In this document: in pieces, positions 29,102-49,107 of the stretch | How positions within the stretch are numbered: the stretch's first letter is position 1 | Layout: every line of letters begins with the position of its first letter | NCBI GenBank assembly: GCA_943704425.1 | Contig: CALSCP010001670.1 | Coordinates: forward strand, 62,001 to 125,684 | Direction of reading: 5' to 3' | DNA length: 63,684 bases | DNA from: Ministeria vibrans ATCC 50519 | Taxonomy: Eukaryota; Protista; Filasterea | Translations under genes and position numbers: made by a program | The notes under the pieces: generated by a model | Seen by the model: the letters and a program-made list of their open reading frames with translations, nothing else | The model's database searches: none | Told to the model about the DNA's origin: nothing

Positions 29102-32100
29102 TTACCTGCTCCGTTGACAATCACACCACATCCACCAAGAAAGTTGTCCTGCTCAATGTTTATGTCCTGCACACCACCCGTCAGATGACAGCCAATGACA
29201 AAGTAGCCGGAGGAGCGCGTGCGATGACCCGTCAGCGAGACACTGCGGTACAGCTCCCCCGCACTGTCGTACAAGGCCAAGATCAGGCCGTCGAGCGTTG
29301 TGTTACCGCGGCCGCCGTCAAATAGCTCGACAAATTCTCCCTCTTCGCCGAGGAAACCACTGTTGGGCACGGTCACCTCGACCTCATTGATAACGACACG
29401 CGGGCAGTCATTGAGCTGTGCCGGAGTCGGACGTCCCACCAAAAACTCGCGTAAGTCAAGCGCCTCATGGCCACAGCGACTGATCGACTCGGCCTCTTGC
29501 GCTCCATTGGTGCCTTCGCTCACAGCCATCTGTTGTGTCTGGCCCGGGAAGAGCGCACTGAGCAGTGCGGTCGAGCCTGTGGCCGCTCCCGTCGTGGAGT
29601 ACACAAGTGCATCTTGCAGTCGCGTATCGGCGCCGCTCGCCACAGTGCCCACAGGGAAGTCGGCGGCACGCGCACCCTTGTAGACAGCAACCGCCCCCAC
29701 GCCCTGCACGAGGGTGTTGTCGCCGAAATCCAGACTAGACGACGCAATGGCTGCCGTGCCCAACACAAGCAGGCCCTGACCGTCGGTGCTCAGCAGATCC
29801 AGGTTCCACGCGGCATATGCCTGCGCAGTCGCGTCGTATGCAACCACCACAAAGTCCGAGACAGATGCGTTCACCGAGTCCACGCCCGACGACAGCTCGA
29901 TGAACTGCAGTGAGGGGGTGCCGGCCGCCAGACCCGCCTGGTCAATGTCCACTTCGTTGATAAACAGAGTTGTGGCGGCCGTGACGGGGCACAGATTAGG
30001 TGCGGCGCGCGTCGGCGTCTGCAATTCGTACGACGTTTGGTTGCGCAGCGAGGGCGCACACCGCTGGAAGCTTGTTGCGGCCGTCTCGCCGGTGAGCGGC
30101 TGTTGGCCGGGCGTGAGAGCGTCTAGCAGTGCCTGAAGCCCGTTGGTGTTGCCACTGGCCGTGACAAAAACGACAGCGTCAACAAGGTTCGCCTGAGTGG
30201 GTGGCGAGGCGGGGGGGAAGTCTTCGGGAGTGCCCACGTAGAGAGCAATGGCCCCATCACGTGCCAGTCCAATGAACGACGTAAAGGTCGCCACGTTAGC
30301 TGTACCTCCCAGGTTGCCTACGATGCCAAAGCCATTCGAGTCGAGCACTGCTGCACCCGTCAAATCGACTGTATTGTACGACAGACCGGTCGCTGCGGAG
30401 AAGAACACGAGGACGAGGCCGTCGAGAGACGTGCCACCGATACCACCATCGTACAATTCAATAAACTGGTCGGGCGTCGTCACGAATCCTACTGTAGAGG
30501 GTGTTCCGAAAATATCAATTTCGTTGATGAACACCGGATGAAGTGCCGGACACACGTTGGCGGCATTCGCTGAGGTCGCCTGCTCCGCCGCCAGTGGCAC
30601 CCATGCCATTTGATCCAGCGGCAGAAGCTCACAGCGCGCCAGGTACACGCTGGCCGGAGCGGTCGTATTAAGAGCGATAGCTGTGTGGTTGTGTGAGGAA
30701 CCAAAGAGACCCGTGAACAGCGTGGTGGCGCCAGTGCTTGCGGGAGCATTGCCATACACCACGGCATCATAGAGGTTTAGCGAGGTCGCAAGGGCACCCG
30801 TCGGGAATTGCGTAGCGTCCGCATGATAAAGGGCCACGGCAATGGCGTCGTCGCTAGCGAGCAGTAGCGGCAAGGCACTCAGCGATGCCTGCGTCGTCGA
30901 CTGGCCCGTGCCCACCGTGAAAATACCCTGAGCGTTGGTGCGTTGTCCAACGAGCGAGATGGCGGGCGCCCGCGAACGACCGTTGGCACCAAACACCACC
31001 ACGACAAAGCCGTCGAGCGCGTAGTTTGGCAAGTCGAGCGTAGATGTGATCTCCACCCAAGCCGTGGAGGTCGCAGAGGCAGCCACAATTTCGTTGAGCA
31101 TTACACTTGGACAAATGTTGGCGGCGCCCGGCGTCGGCTGTGTCACATTGACCGTCGACTGATCCAGCACGGTGAAGAGACAACGCGAGAAGGACTCGTC
31201 AAAAAGAAGCGAATTGAAGTTGCCAGTTACGATAGCCTGGGCAGGCACAAATGCGTTGAGGAGAGTCGACGCCGCAGCAGCAGTGCCGGCGCCGGAGCCA
31301 TCGTAGACAATGGCATCGAGTACGCTGGTGGACACGCCGTTGCCGAGACTGGCGACTTGCGGTGCTTCCGCGGCGCGAAAGAGTGCTACGGCTGCCACGC
31401 CGTTGGCAAAGACGGAGCAGCGATTGGCAAAGCCGCGCACTTCAATGTCGACGACGCCGTCGCCAGCGGGCAGACGGCAGCCCACAACAAAGTAGCCGGA
31501 GGCTCGTGTGCGGAATGCGTCCAACGACACTTGCAAGTAGCGGTTGCCTTGGGTGTCGTAAAAGCCCAGGACGAGACCGTTGAGCGACGTGTTGCCACGT
31601 CCACCATCGTACAGCTCGACAAACTCGCCGGTCTGTCCCAAAAGACCGTCGGTGGGCGTATCCGGTTCGATCTCGTTGATGACAATGGATGGGCAGATGT
31701 TGCGTCGGAAAGGCGTCGGCTGGGCAACGGTAAAGGCCGATTGCGTCATGGGCAGCGTCGAGTCACAGCGCGAAATAGACTCGGCAATCGACGCGCCGTT
31801 TTTACCTTCGTCCACGGGCATCTGACCAAGGGCGTTGCCATAGAAGGTGGTCACGAGAAGCTGGCCCGCATTGGTACTGGTGCTGTCGTACACAAGCACG
31901 TCTACAAGGCGCGCGTCGGGGCCGGGTGCGGGCATGGAGCCAATGGGGAATTCGCTCGCAATGGCACCTCGATACAGCGCAATGGCACCCACCGATACCT
32001 GCAGCGCAGCATCATGGAACACAACAAATGGGGCGGGTGTCACGGCTGCTGTGCCCAACAGCGCAATGCCCGCCGTGTTGGTGAGCACACCGTCGAGGTT

Positions 32101-34105
32101 CCACGCGGCATAGACGGTCGCACTGGCGTCGTATGCGACCACAACAAAACCGCTGAGGGACACCTCACCAGCCGAGAGTGTCGAGCCGGCTTCCGTGACG
32201 GCACGCAACTCGATAAATTGCATGGAAGTGGACCCAGACACGAGCGACCCAACTTCGTCGATATCCACCTCGTTGATGACAAGTGAGCCCGCAAACGTAA
32301 CGTTGGGCACAACAGTGGGCTGCGGCAACGACGTGGGCACGGCTGGTTCGACCACGGTCGTTGGAAGCGCACACTGTCGCACAGTGCAGTCGTTGGGACT
32401 GCGAGCGGTCGGTGGGTTCGACACAAAGGTGCCGTTGAGGCTGCGGGCCACGAGGACACATCGCTGCATGCTCTCGTCGTTTACCAGTTCACATGTGTCC
32501 TCGACGACAGGCGTCGAGCCGGGGCTGAATGCCGAGATAAGAACACTCATGTCGGGGGGCGCCACTCCCGCAGGCGCTAGCACTGTGTTGTACGCAACCC
32601 CATCGACGAGGTTGCGCGACGACGCAAGCATACCAAAGGGGAAGTCACCAAAAGAGCCGACAAGAAGTGCAATGCCACCAGCATCCGGCAGCAAACCGGG
32701 CGGGAAGGTAAAATCACAAGGGCTGCCGTAGCTCGCGATACACGATGCTGGACCTCCAGTAGTGGCACCCACCAGGTAGTAGCCATTGGCGTCGGTGGTG
32801 GTGCCGCTGAGTGACGCCTGTCCGTACAGTGAACCGTGGCTGTCGAAGAAGGCAATGACAATGCGATCGAGCGCCACATTGCCAATGCCACCATCATACA
32901 GTTCGACAAATTGGCTTTGACCGCCGACATTGACCACCTCAATCTCGTTGATGACGATGGGCGCCACGGTGGGACACACATTGGCAATGCCGGGAGTGCC
33001 CGTCTGTACCTGATACCAAGAGAGCATGTCAAGGACAAGGAGCGAACAGCGCGCAACATAGAGCGTCGACTGCGTGACGTTTACGTCGAGTTGCGCCTGG
33101 CCAGTGGCCGGTCCAATCAGTGAGGTGAGCAGTGTGAAGGCATTCGAGGGGGGACCCGCTGGTCCATACACGACAGCATCCACAATATTGATTGGGCTCA
33201 CGGCGCCGCCCACGGGATAGCTGACACTACGACCACGGTAGAGAGCAACGGCCGCAACAGCCGTGTCGCCGAGCGGCACAAACAAGGGAATGCTCAAGGC
33301 AAAGTCGATGTTAGGCACGCTCGACGAGCCCATCACCATGTAGCCGTTGGCGTCGGTGGTGGCACCCGATAAGTCGATAGAGGCGGTGATGCGGGCATTG
33401 GCGTCGACCACGACAAGGACGAAGCCGTCAAGGTTGAAGTTGGCAATGCCCTCGGAGCTCAGCTCGACATAGTTAGCGGTGGCTGTGCGCGAGACTTCGT
33501 TGATGAGCACCGACGGACAGCTATTTTTGACGCCTGGTGTGGGCACCGACAAAAACAAATTAGTCTGGTCGAGAGGCTCGAACAAACATCGATTGATGGA
33601 GGTTGTCAGAGCCGAGTTGGTTGCCGACTCGCTCACGGCGAGCTGTGAGTTGACAAGGGCCGCTTCAAGGGCCGCCTTTTTCGCGGCATTGGCTGTGCCA
33701 CTTGTGTCGTACACAATTGCATCCAGCAGGGTGTAACCGGCGGCCGGGTTGCCTGGGTTGGCCTGGATAATGGGCTGTACGTCCGCAAACAGGTTGGTTG
33801 CGTTGTGCCAAGCAGCCTGCCACAGCACCACCGCGCCCAATCCATTGTTGAAGATGGAGCAGTTGGCTGCGGTCGACACAACAAGGACGACATTGACATT
33901 GGACACAAGCTGACAACCAAAGACAATGTAACCATCGGCAGGCGTCTGGAATCGACTGACATTCCACAGGTGACTCAGCGTGCCATTCTCATTGTACAGA
34001 CCAATCCATACGTCTGTCAGCGGCACCGCCCCTCGCCCTCCATCGTACACCTCGATAAATTCTTCCTCTTCATCCGAGCCAGTAATAGATCGTGTCTACA
34101 ATGAT

Positions 34106-34140
<35 letters not shown>

Positions 34141-37100
34141 CTATTATTATTACGTCTTATTCATTCATATGTATATACGCTTTGTATAATAATGATGATT
34201 ATAATTTAAATCTAATATTTTTCATCTTCGTTTTACCTGAATGTCGATTTCGTTGATGACAAGTCGCGGACAGGGGTTAGAGGCGAGCGGAGAGGGGCTG
34301 CTGACAATCCAGGCACCCTGTGACTTGGGTTGAAGGGTGCAACGCGACATGGACTCGGCAAGACCGTTGCCGCTGGAGTCTTCCTGTACCGGAAGAGTAC
34401 CGAGCAGTCCCGGATAGAAGGTAGAGAGGAGGGTGGACGCGTCGGCGGCAACTGATGTTGTGTAGATCAGGAGATCGGCAACGGACACAAGAGAAGCAGT
34501 CGGCATAACCTGACCAACAGTGAAGAGCGATGCGGGTGCAGCGGCCGAGTAGAGAGCAACGGCGCCAGCACCCGTCGCAAGTGCTCCGGTGGGAAAGGGA
34601 GCCTGAGCACCGAGAATAGTCGGAGAGCCGGCAAGCAGAAGGCCTTGATCGTCCGTCGAATGGCTAGACAGATCGACGATGGCCGTCACTGTTGCGTTAG
34701 AGTCGTAAAGCACCAGGGTGTAGCCGGTCAGGGGCATGTTCGGCTGAGACAAGTGCGACGTGACTTCAACAAATTGACTGGTTTGACCGCCGGCAGAGTC
34801 GACGTCCACCTCGTTCAGGAGCACGGGCACTGTGGGTACGGGCGCAGCCGTTGGCACGGGCGCGGCTGTTGGGACAGGTGTCGATGCTGCTGTGGGCGCA
34901 GGCGCGGCAGGGGTTGGGGTGGACATGGGAGGCTCAATAACGACGCCTGTTGCAGTTGCCACGGGAGGAGCAACCATGGTGACGGTGGGGGCGGCAACGG
35001 CGAGGGTGGGCGTGGCGACGGCGACGGTGGGTGTGGCCGAGGCTGCTGCAGCCACCACAGACGAGGCGGGTTCGGTAACATTGCAGTCGTTGGGCGCACG
35101 CAGTGTCGGTGGGGCAATGCGCACGTCAGCTAGGTCGAGGAGGAACGGCGCGCATCGCTGAATGCTCTCGTCGTTTGACAATTGGTTTGCATTCTCCGAA
35201 ATGATGGGCTGTCCGGGCGCAAGTGTATCAATGAGCGACTGCAGAGCGGTTGTTGAGCCAGTGGCTGTTGTTCGGTACACTAAAGAGCAGCGAGAGTTGT
35301 TATTTCAATAATACGTCGTATTTTATAATGTTGTTGTTTTTCGTACCGATGGCATCGACAAGGTCGATGTGACGCGCCTGAGTGCCATCAGGAAAATCGT
35401 TTGCATCGCCAGCGTAGAGGGCAACTGCGCCATCGTTGGCGGTGAAGAAAGGGAAGAGAACGGGCAGAGTCACTTCGGGGTTTGCTGCGGCACTCGACGA
35501 CACGATGAGGAAACCATTTGCGTCCGTTTTGAGTCCGTTCAAACTGAATGCTCCATACGAGTCGCCATCCTAAAACACATCGCACAGATAAAAGGAAAAA
35601 ATGAAGAAAAATAAAAAGTGACAGATAAGAAGAGGGAGGGAAACAAAGAAAAAGCGAACGGGAGAAAGAAAAAAGGGATAAAAAAGAGAAGAAAAAAAAA
35701 CACAAAACAAAAACAAAACAGAAAAAAAAGAGAGATAGAGGCGTGAGCTTGTGCGTCTGTTGCCTAATAATACAAACCTGATCAAAGAAAACAAGAACAA
35801 GTTCGGAGATGTTGACGGAACGACCGGGATTGCCCGTGTAAAGCTCGACAAACTTGTCTGCCTGACTGAGCAAGCCTGCGCCCATGTCGATTTCGTTGAT
35901 GAGCAAGGGAACTAGCCCCGAGCACAGGTTGCGACGGCCAGGCGTTGCTGACGCCGCCTGTAGCCAGCCCTCCTGCGAGAAAACCTCGTAGACGCACTGA
36001 CTGGCCTGCACGCCTGCTGCGACGGCAGGCACTGCAAACTCGGCGGGGTTGGTATCGGTCGATAACGCAGCAAGCAACAGTGCACCCGAAGTAGTACCAT
36101 TACCCGGACCGTAGACAAAGGTGTCCACCAAACCGACCGTCTCGATGGAGGTGCCCGTTACAAATTCATGAGCGTTGGGTCCGGCGTAGAGGGCGACGGC
36201 GGCCGACGAAGTCTTGCCCGAAGGCAAAGCTGCGAGTGCATGCTGGACGGTGGCAGTTGGAACGCTGCCGACGACAAGAAAGCCTTCGCCGTTGAACGAG
36301 CCCGATCCCAGCTCAATAGCGGGCATCAAGGCGTGTCCCTGATCGTCATACACGACAATAAAATAGTTTGAGAGGGACGCGTTGTTCGCGGAGGGGTCGA
36401 GGATCTCGATAAAGGCGGTCAGCGGTGAGGTGGCCACGACTTCGCTGAGAAACAGCGACGGGCACGTGTTGGGCTCGCCGGGTGTGATGGCGACCTCCTC
36501 GACGGTACTGAGGTCAAAGGGTGTGTAGAGACAGCGCGAGAGACCAAGGCTGTCGCCAAGAAGGGCGGTCGGCTCGAGCGGAACAGGCAGGGTCGACGGC
36601 GACGACGGATAGAACGCAGCCAGCAGGGTCTGGGCGTTGGATGCGGTGGTGGCGTAAACAAAGGCATCGATGAGAATGCTGTTGCGCACAGCCGTGGCCG
36701 GTGCTGCGGTCGCCTGGTACACGGCGACGGCACCTGTGTCGTCATCGAACATGCGGCACTCGGAAAAGGCATTAAAGATACCAAAGTCGACTTGGGGAAC
36801 GTCGATGTCGGCGGCGGGCCCAATGCCGCAGCCAATGACAAAGAATCCATTGGTGTCGGTGGTGCGCCCATCGAGCGACCACTGAGCGGTACGCGTGCCC
36901 GCAGCACTGTACGTGGCAACGACGTAGCCTGTGAGGTTCGTCAGGCCCTTGCCGCCGTCGTACAGCTCGATGAACTCTGTTGTGTCAAGTGAAAGGATGT
37001 TGGTGGTCGATGGTTCCACTTCGTTGATGACAAATCGTGGACAGGCGTTGATGCGACCGGGGCTGGGGCGCGACACAATCCACGCTTCCGAACTGGAAAT

Positions 37101-38061
37101 GGGCGTCGGGGCACACCGCGACATGGACTCTGCAAACGCATTGGCATTGGACGTCTCAGTCATGATGGGCGCTGTTCCGGCGCCATACAACTCGGTGGCC
37201 AGCGTTGACGGAGAGGCTGTCGAGCTTCCCACATTGTACACGAGCGCGTCGAGGGGTGTCTGTGACGAGGCAGGCGTGCCTGGGGTAAACAGTGTTGCCG
37301 CGCTCAGGTACAGCCCCAGCCCATTGAGTCCCTGCGGCAGAAAATTCGCCGGCAGGCTCTGCTGGGTGTTGCTCACTGATGAAGCACCCACAAGAAATAG
37401 ACCTATCGGAGAAGAACACACAAGATGGGTGATAAGAGATTAAAAAAAAAAAAAAAAGTTCACTGTGTTACCGTTCGCGTCTGCTGTGCCAGACAAAGAC
37501 AGAGTGCTGAGGGTCTTTCCGTCAACATCAAACTACGGGAGGGGGTGGCGGGGGAGGATGAGAAGGGCAGGGGATGGCGGAGGTCAGTGACAGAGAGAAG
37601 GGATCACGACGAACGAATTTGCGGTGGCACGACAATTGCGTGAGAAACAATGGAGTCGAGCGGTCTGCGGCCGTGGCGTGCTCACAGCCAAAACAACGGC
37701 ATAGGAGCGTCGGCAGGGCCGGTAATAACGCAACATACGGCGGTCTCCGTGGTGGGAGAGAGGAGGGCTGTGCAGCGACATCGCTGACAGACACTGAACC
37801 CACAGAAATACCCCAAAATCGACAGCGTTTCCATTTGTTTTTGTCGCGCAAGCAGACGGAAGTTTGCAAGAAACGCAGAAGACGTACCGTCACAAGCAGG
37901 AGGTTCGCGGGAAGGGCAGCGCTGGCATCAAGACCAGAGAGTTCGACAAATTGATTCGAGTGGCCATGGGTCGCTTCGTCCACATTAACTTCGCTCAGGA
38001 TCTGCCCTCGAGCAACGGAAGCAGTTGCCACAAGTAGGGCGAGAGCGAAGACGGTGTACAT
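25099..38061 (-). CDS. Giant secreted/surface protein: signal peptide, 16 lamin-tail-like (LTD) repeats, 15 EGF repeats, ZU5-like domain, 2 EGFs. 3' end missing.
   Basis: Signal peptide MYTVFALALLVATASVARG. Repeated INE(V/I)...F(V/I)EL...GAVALY...DA.VY...S..RC...PTPG..N.C units. Notch-like C.S.PC.NG.TC...F.C.C..G.TG..CE repeats. The last visible exon ends DIDE at a phase-0 donor (25098). Confidence 0.85.
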
Positions 38062-38252
38062 CTTAAGACGAGAGACAAAAAAAAAGTAAAATAATTATTA
38101 ATAATTAAAAAAAAAAAGAAACGAAGAATTCGAAGATGAGTATTTGCTCGTCCCTCTCCCTGCCGAACTCTTTAATTTCCCAGTTTATCTTGCCCTCTGT
38201 CCACTCTCTTTGTGTGGCAACATATACCGATCTCTGGAAGGCAACACATCAC

Positions 38253-39751
<1,499 letters not shown>

Positions 39752-39825
39752 TGAACATTCGTATTTCATCTTGAGGCACACGGTATTGTTACGAGAGCAA
39801 GTCGAGCAGAGTACATTGTATTTTT

Positions 39826-40227
39826 CTACTCCTCTTTGGGCGCAACAGCAACAACAGCAGCAGGCGCTGTCGTCGTCCCGTCGTTCTTTGGTGCCTCCAC
39901 CCCACTTGTCTTTGCGGGTACATCCGACGTCGTCTCCTCTCCCTGCGTCGTCTTGTCAGCCTTCTTCTTCGCACGACGCGCTCGCTGGGGAAGTGGTGCC
40001 TCCTTGGAGGACGCAGTCTCCTCGCTGGCGGATGCTGCATCTGTCGAGGCGGTGGCGGGGCTACTAGTGGTAGTTGTTGATGTTGCAGGTACCGACGGGT
40101 TCTTCTTCTTGCGCTTCTTAGTCCCATCGCCACTACCCTCAGTTGCACCACTCACATCCTTGGCCGACTCTACATCTTTCACTATAACCACAACTGGCTT
40201 GGATTCACCGTTGGCAGTTGACGGTTG
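39826..40227 (-). CDS. Orphan terminal exon (133 aa, low complexity, Lys/Thr/Ala-rich) whose parent gene is unresolved, possibly FMR1/FXR
   Basis: TTTTAG acceptor followed by a phase-0 open frame QPSTANGESKPVVV...KKRKKK...APKEE*. It is out of phase with the nearest upstream exon (HSF, phase 2). Confidence 0.55.
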   Translation of the reverse strand, partial: QPSTANGESKPVVVIVKDVESAKDVSGATEGSGDGTKKRKKKNPSVPATSTTTTSSPATASTDAASASEETASSKEAPLPQRARRAKKKADKTTQGEETTSDVPAKTSGVEAPKNDGTTTAPAAVVAVAPKEE

Positions 40228-40238
40228 CTAAAACAACG

Positions 40239-40280
<42 letters not shown>

Positions 40281-40479
40281 CGGCGCGAAGAATACGAAGA
40301 AATGGGGCTATCCGGGGTGGCGACGGCGGGCATAGGGGTGCAGGGGCAGGGGCGGAGGCAGGATGCGGCGGCGGCAAGGGCAAGGGCGGGTCGACGTGGC
40401 GGTGGTTGACGAAAGTAACGCCAAGAGGGAAAACAGACGAGATATCGCGACAGATACAGAAGACCAACGGCCGCGCTAC

Positions 40480-40526
40480 CTGTATAGTTTGGTGAGGAAG
40501 GCCGGTACGGGTTTGTTGGACTCCAT
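40480..40526 (-). CDS. First exon of a heat-shock-factor (HSF) family transcription factor; remainder not present
   Basis: MESNKPVPAFLTKLY matches the start of the HSF DNA-binding domain (VPAFLTKL) and ends at an AG|GTAGCG donor. Confidence 0.7.
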
Positions 40527-40672
40527 ATTGAACAATGCGACGAGTGAATAAAAAAAAATGACAAGATTTGAGATTTCTTTCCGTTTCAGATTTGGAATTC
40601 GATTAACCTCACACGACCCTGAGTACTGTGGACGACTGTGCTTTGTATTTTGTACGCTTGGGAGTTCAATAT

Positions 40673-42084
40673 TCATCGCAAGTTGTGGATGTTAAAGACG
40701 ATAATGTCGGTTGCGCCCAAGAGAGCCAGTTTGTCGAGGATCCCATTGGAATCCTTTTGAAGAATGACAGCTGCAACAACAAGAGATAATAATTATAATA
40801 ATATTAATTATTATTATGATGATGACAAAATGCGTGTCATTCTGCGCACACTTACCTTTGACGGCAACCCAGTCGGGCTCGGCGGTCTGGCTGACGGTGG
40901 CGGAGCGACGGCCAGGGGTGATGGCCGTGGCGCGCTCAAGAGACGCGAGCGGCACATTGTACTCAATCATAAAGCACTTGCTCGCTGCAATCGAGCCCAA
41001 GATGCGCTGTGTCAGAACTGTCTGCATGTCCTTGTGCTCATCTCGTGTGTTGCCAATCAGGACTGCCTCCGTCGACATCACCTCACCCACAATCTAAGTG
41101 TAAAACACCACTCAGTCAACTTTCTCTTTCCTCTCCCAAAAGTGCGTACCTCCAAACCAGCAGCACGCATTGTCTCGCCCGTCTCAACTAAATCCACAAT
41201 CCCATCTGCAAGCCCAAGCCCACACGCAGCCTCAACAGACCCCGACACTACACGCAATCAGCGTAATTCAGAGCAAACCATAGCAAGATGCGTCGTTTCT
41301 TTCTACCATAGTCAATGCGCGTCTTATTGTCGTCGCCAGACTCGAGCGCAGAGAAAAACTTGCGCGCCAGGTTGGGAAACGACGTCACAATGCGTTTCCC
41401 TAAGGAGGTACAACCATGAGAAACACGAAACTCACAGACCAAGACACAGACCAAACATACACTGACCAAGATACAACAAGATGCACAAGTGAAAACCTCA
41501 GACCAAGATAAACAGACACAAGATACACAGACACAGACCAAGATACACATCCATAAGTGGAATACACAGACACAAGAACACAGGTGAGCCGCCCAACACA
41601 CAAGCGCCGCTCTTGCGCTTACCACACAACTGCTTGACATCGGTGATCTTGTCCGCCGTGGGAGCCTGCACACACAGGCGACACTTGCCAAAGCCCAGCT
41701 GGGCAAGCTCTTGCACATCAACGTTCTTCTCGGCGACCATGTCGCGTCCCGTGATGCCCATGTCAACGCTGCAAGTTACAGTCAGCGCGAACGACAGCCG
41801 AATGAATGCCTTGAGGCTACCGTCCCTGGCCCACGTAGAGGGCCACGTCCGACGCCGGAAGGAACACAATGGTCACGTCCATGTTGGTGCACAGGGCGAT
41901 GTCCTGGCGTGCGCTGCGTTGGAACTGCTCGCAGAGACAGTGAGTGTGTGTGATAATGGCACTCCATTACTCATTCCCTCTCACGCCATACCTTCACATC
42001 AATATGTTCCAGCAAACGCATCACCTTTTCATTCAGACGGCCCTTTTTAGGCACAGCAAACAACAACCGGTTGGTGACATCCAT
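40673..42084 (-). CDS. HIS1: ATP phosphoribosyltransferase, long form (histidine biosynthesis), multi-exon
   Basis: MDVTNRLLFAVPKKGRL, VFLPASDVALYVGQGRVDMGITGRD, LGFGKCRLCVQAP, KRIVTSFPNL, VSGSVEAACGLGLADGIVDLVETGETMRAAGL, ITPGRRSATVS, GATDIIVFNIHNLR*. Confidence 0.95.
41415..41582. repeat. Degenerate minisatellite (CACAGACCAAGATACA-like units) in a HIS1 intron
   Basis: Repeated gaccaaga/cacagac units are visible. Confidence 0.7.
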
Positions 42085-42483
42085 ATTGACAGAGACTGAG
42101 ATCAAAACACAAAATAAATAGATAAACGAATATTACTTGAAAACAGAAGAAAAAAAAAAGTATCTTCTTCTTCAATTTATAACAACAAAACTCAAGACTC
42201 ACAAGAAAAACAACAGCGTTCAATGATCTACAGGAGCCTCAAAAGATAGAACCAGGTTTGAGGGGAGACAAGTGACGCGATAGACACAAACACCATATGC
42301 CCCCTGTGAGAATCGAGGGAAGATGCACTCATGCAGAATGCCCGTCTGGTGACTCTGAGTCCACCACCTTCCCCTTGTCGTCTTCGTATGTGCTATGACC
42401 AATACTGATTGGTAGGTTGCGACATAAATCCTACATTAGTCATTACATGTATACACAGGCGAGCTCCTTCTCCTTCCCTCGTC

Positions 42484-43332
42484 TCACTGGGGACGGCGCA
42501 ACGAGGCACACTGCCCGGCGAGCACATTCAAAATGGGCTCAACCGCAACCGCATCCCCCAAGGGTGGCACCCACTCGGACGCCACTTGCGCCGACGTATT
42601 GTCCAAACAGTGCACTGGCACCCCCGATGAGCGAGCAAGCTCGTCCAACTCGTCCAAACTCACTTGGCTCTGTGACAACCGATCCTTGCGCGTTGCCACA
42701 ATCACTCGTCCCACCAGCCGCGTGTCTTCGCATAGCAATGCCATCTGTAGAAGTAGACAACACCGAATTCAGCGCGATGGCGACGTACCAACCGAATAAT
42801 ATAATGTCAATGTACCTGAGTCTGCACATACTCGAATGAGCTGCGGTCACACAGCGAGAGCACATACATGACGGCACTCGCCCCTTCAAACATGGCACTG
42901 CGCATCTCCTCGTGCAATTGCATCGCGCGTTCTCCGCAGTCTACCCAGTCAAAGCGAAACAGCGTCGCTCGATGCTCACCAGTCAACTAACGACATGTTT
43001 GTTTCAGTTTCACAATGCCCAAGTGTAGAATCCTTCCAAACGCGCACCTTGGCCGGCCAATACATAGTTGACTGATGCAACCCTATCGTTTCAAAGTGTC
43101 CCGTCGGCACGGCAGCGCCCACAACGCGCGCAACGGTCGCCGTTTTCCCGCTGCACGTCGCGCCCACCACCGCCACCCGCACCCGCACCCATCCCTCCCT
43201 CACGTGCGCTCCCGCCGCCACCGTGTCAGCCATCCCGTACATCTTTCGCCTCCCCGACACATTCCCGCCACGAAGAGCCCCAGAGAACGCCTCTTGGCCT
43301 CCCGGTGAGTTCTTGAAATTTTCGTCAACCAT
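42484..43332 (-). CDS. CPLANE2: Ciliogenesis and planar polarity effector 2 (RSG1) atypical small GTPase, 3 exons
   Basis: N-terminal S.GG.EAF...LR..RRKMYG, P-loop GATCSGKT, HFETIGL...MYWPAK, LFRFDWVDCGERA, LSLCDRSSFE, IVATRKD, VEPILNVLA. These are collinear with RSG1 as I recall it (HHETTG..VFWPAK, FRFEFWDCGE, HILNGLA). Confidence 0.8.
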
Positions 43333-43438
43333 AATAAATACAAAAAGAGTGCTAATCAAAAAGTAGTTCAGTTTTTTGCTATTCTCTGGCCCACATTGGG
43401 AAGCCTTCCGCCCTCCCCCTCCCCTCTTTTTGAAGAGC

Positions 43439-48885
<5,447 letters not shown>

Positions 48886-48934
48886 ACGAACGATAGAGAG
48901 AGACATTAAGTTAATAAAGCTGCATTTTGTAACA

Positions 48935-49056
48935 AATTAATATTATTATTCTATTAATTTTATAATTGTTATATTAATTATTATTATTATTATTATTAAA
49001 TTAATTATTATTATTATTAATTTATTGATTTTATTATTGTTATTATATTATTATTC

Positions 49057-49107
<51 letters not shown>

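Noticed and set aside
30943-32286. Long antisense ORFs (447 aa here; 344 aa opposite RPL3; 276 aa opposite the EGFs)
   Set aside because: Expected shadow frames of GC-rich or codon-biased genes; no recognisable motifs.
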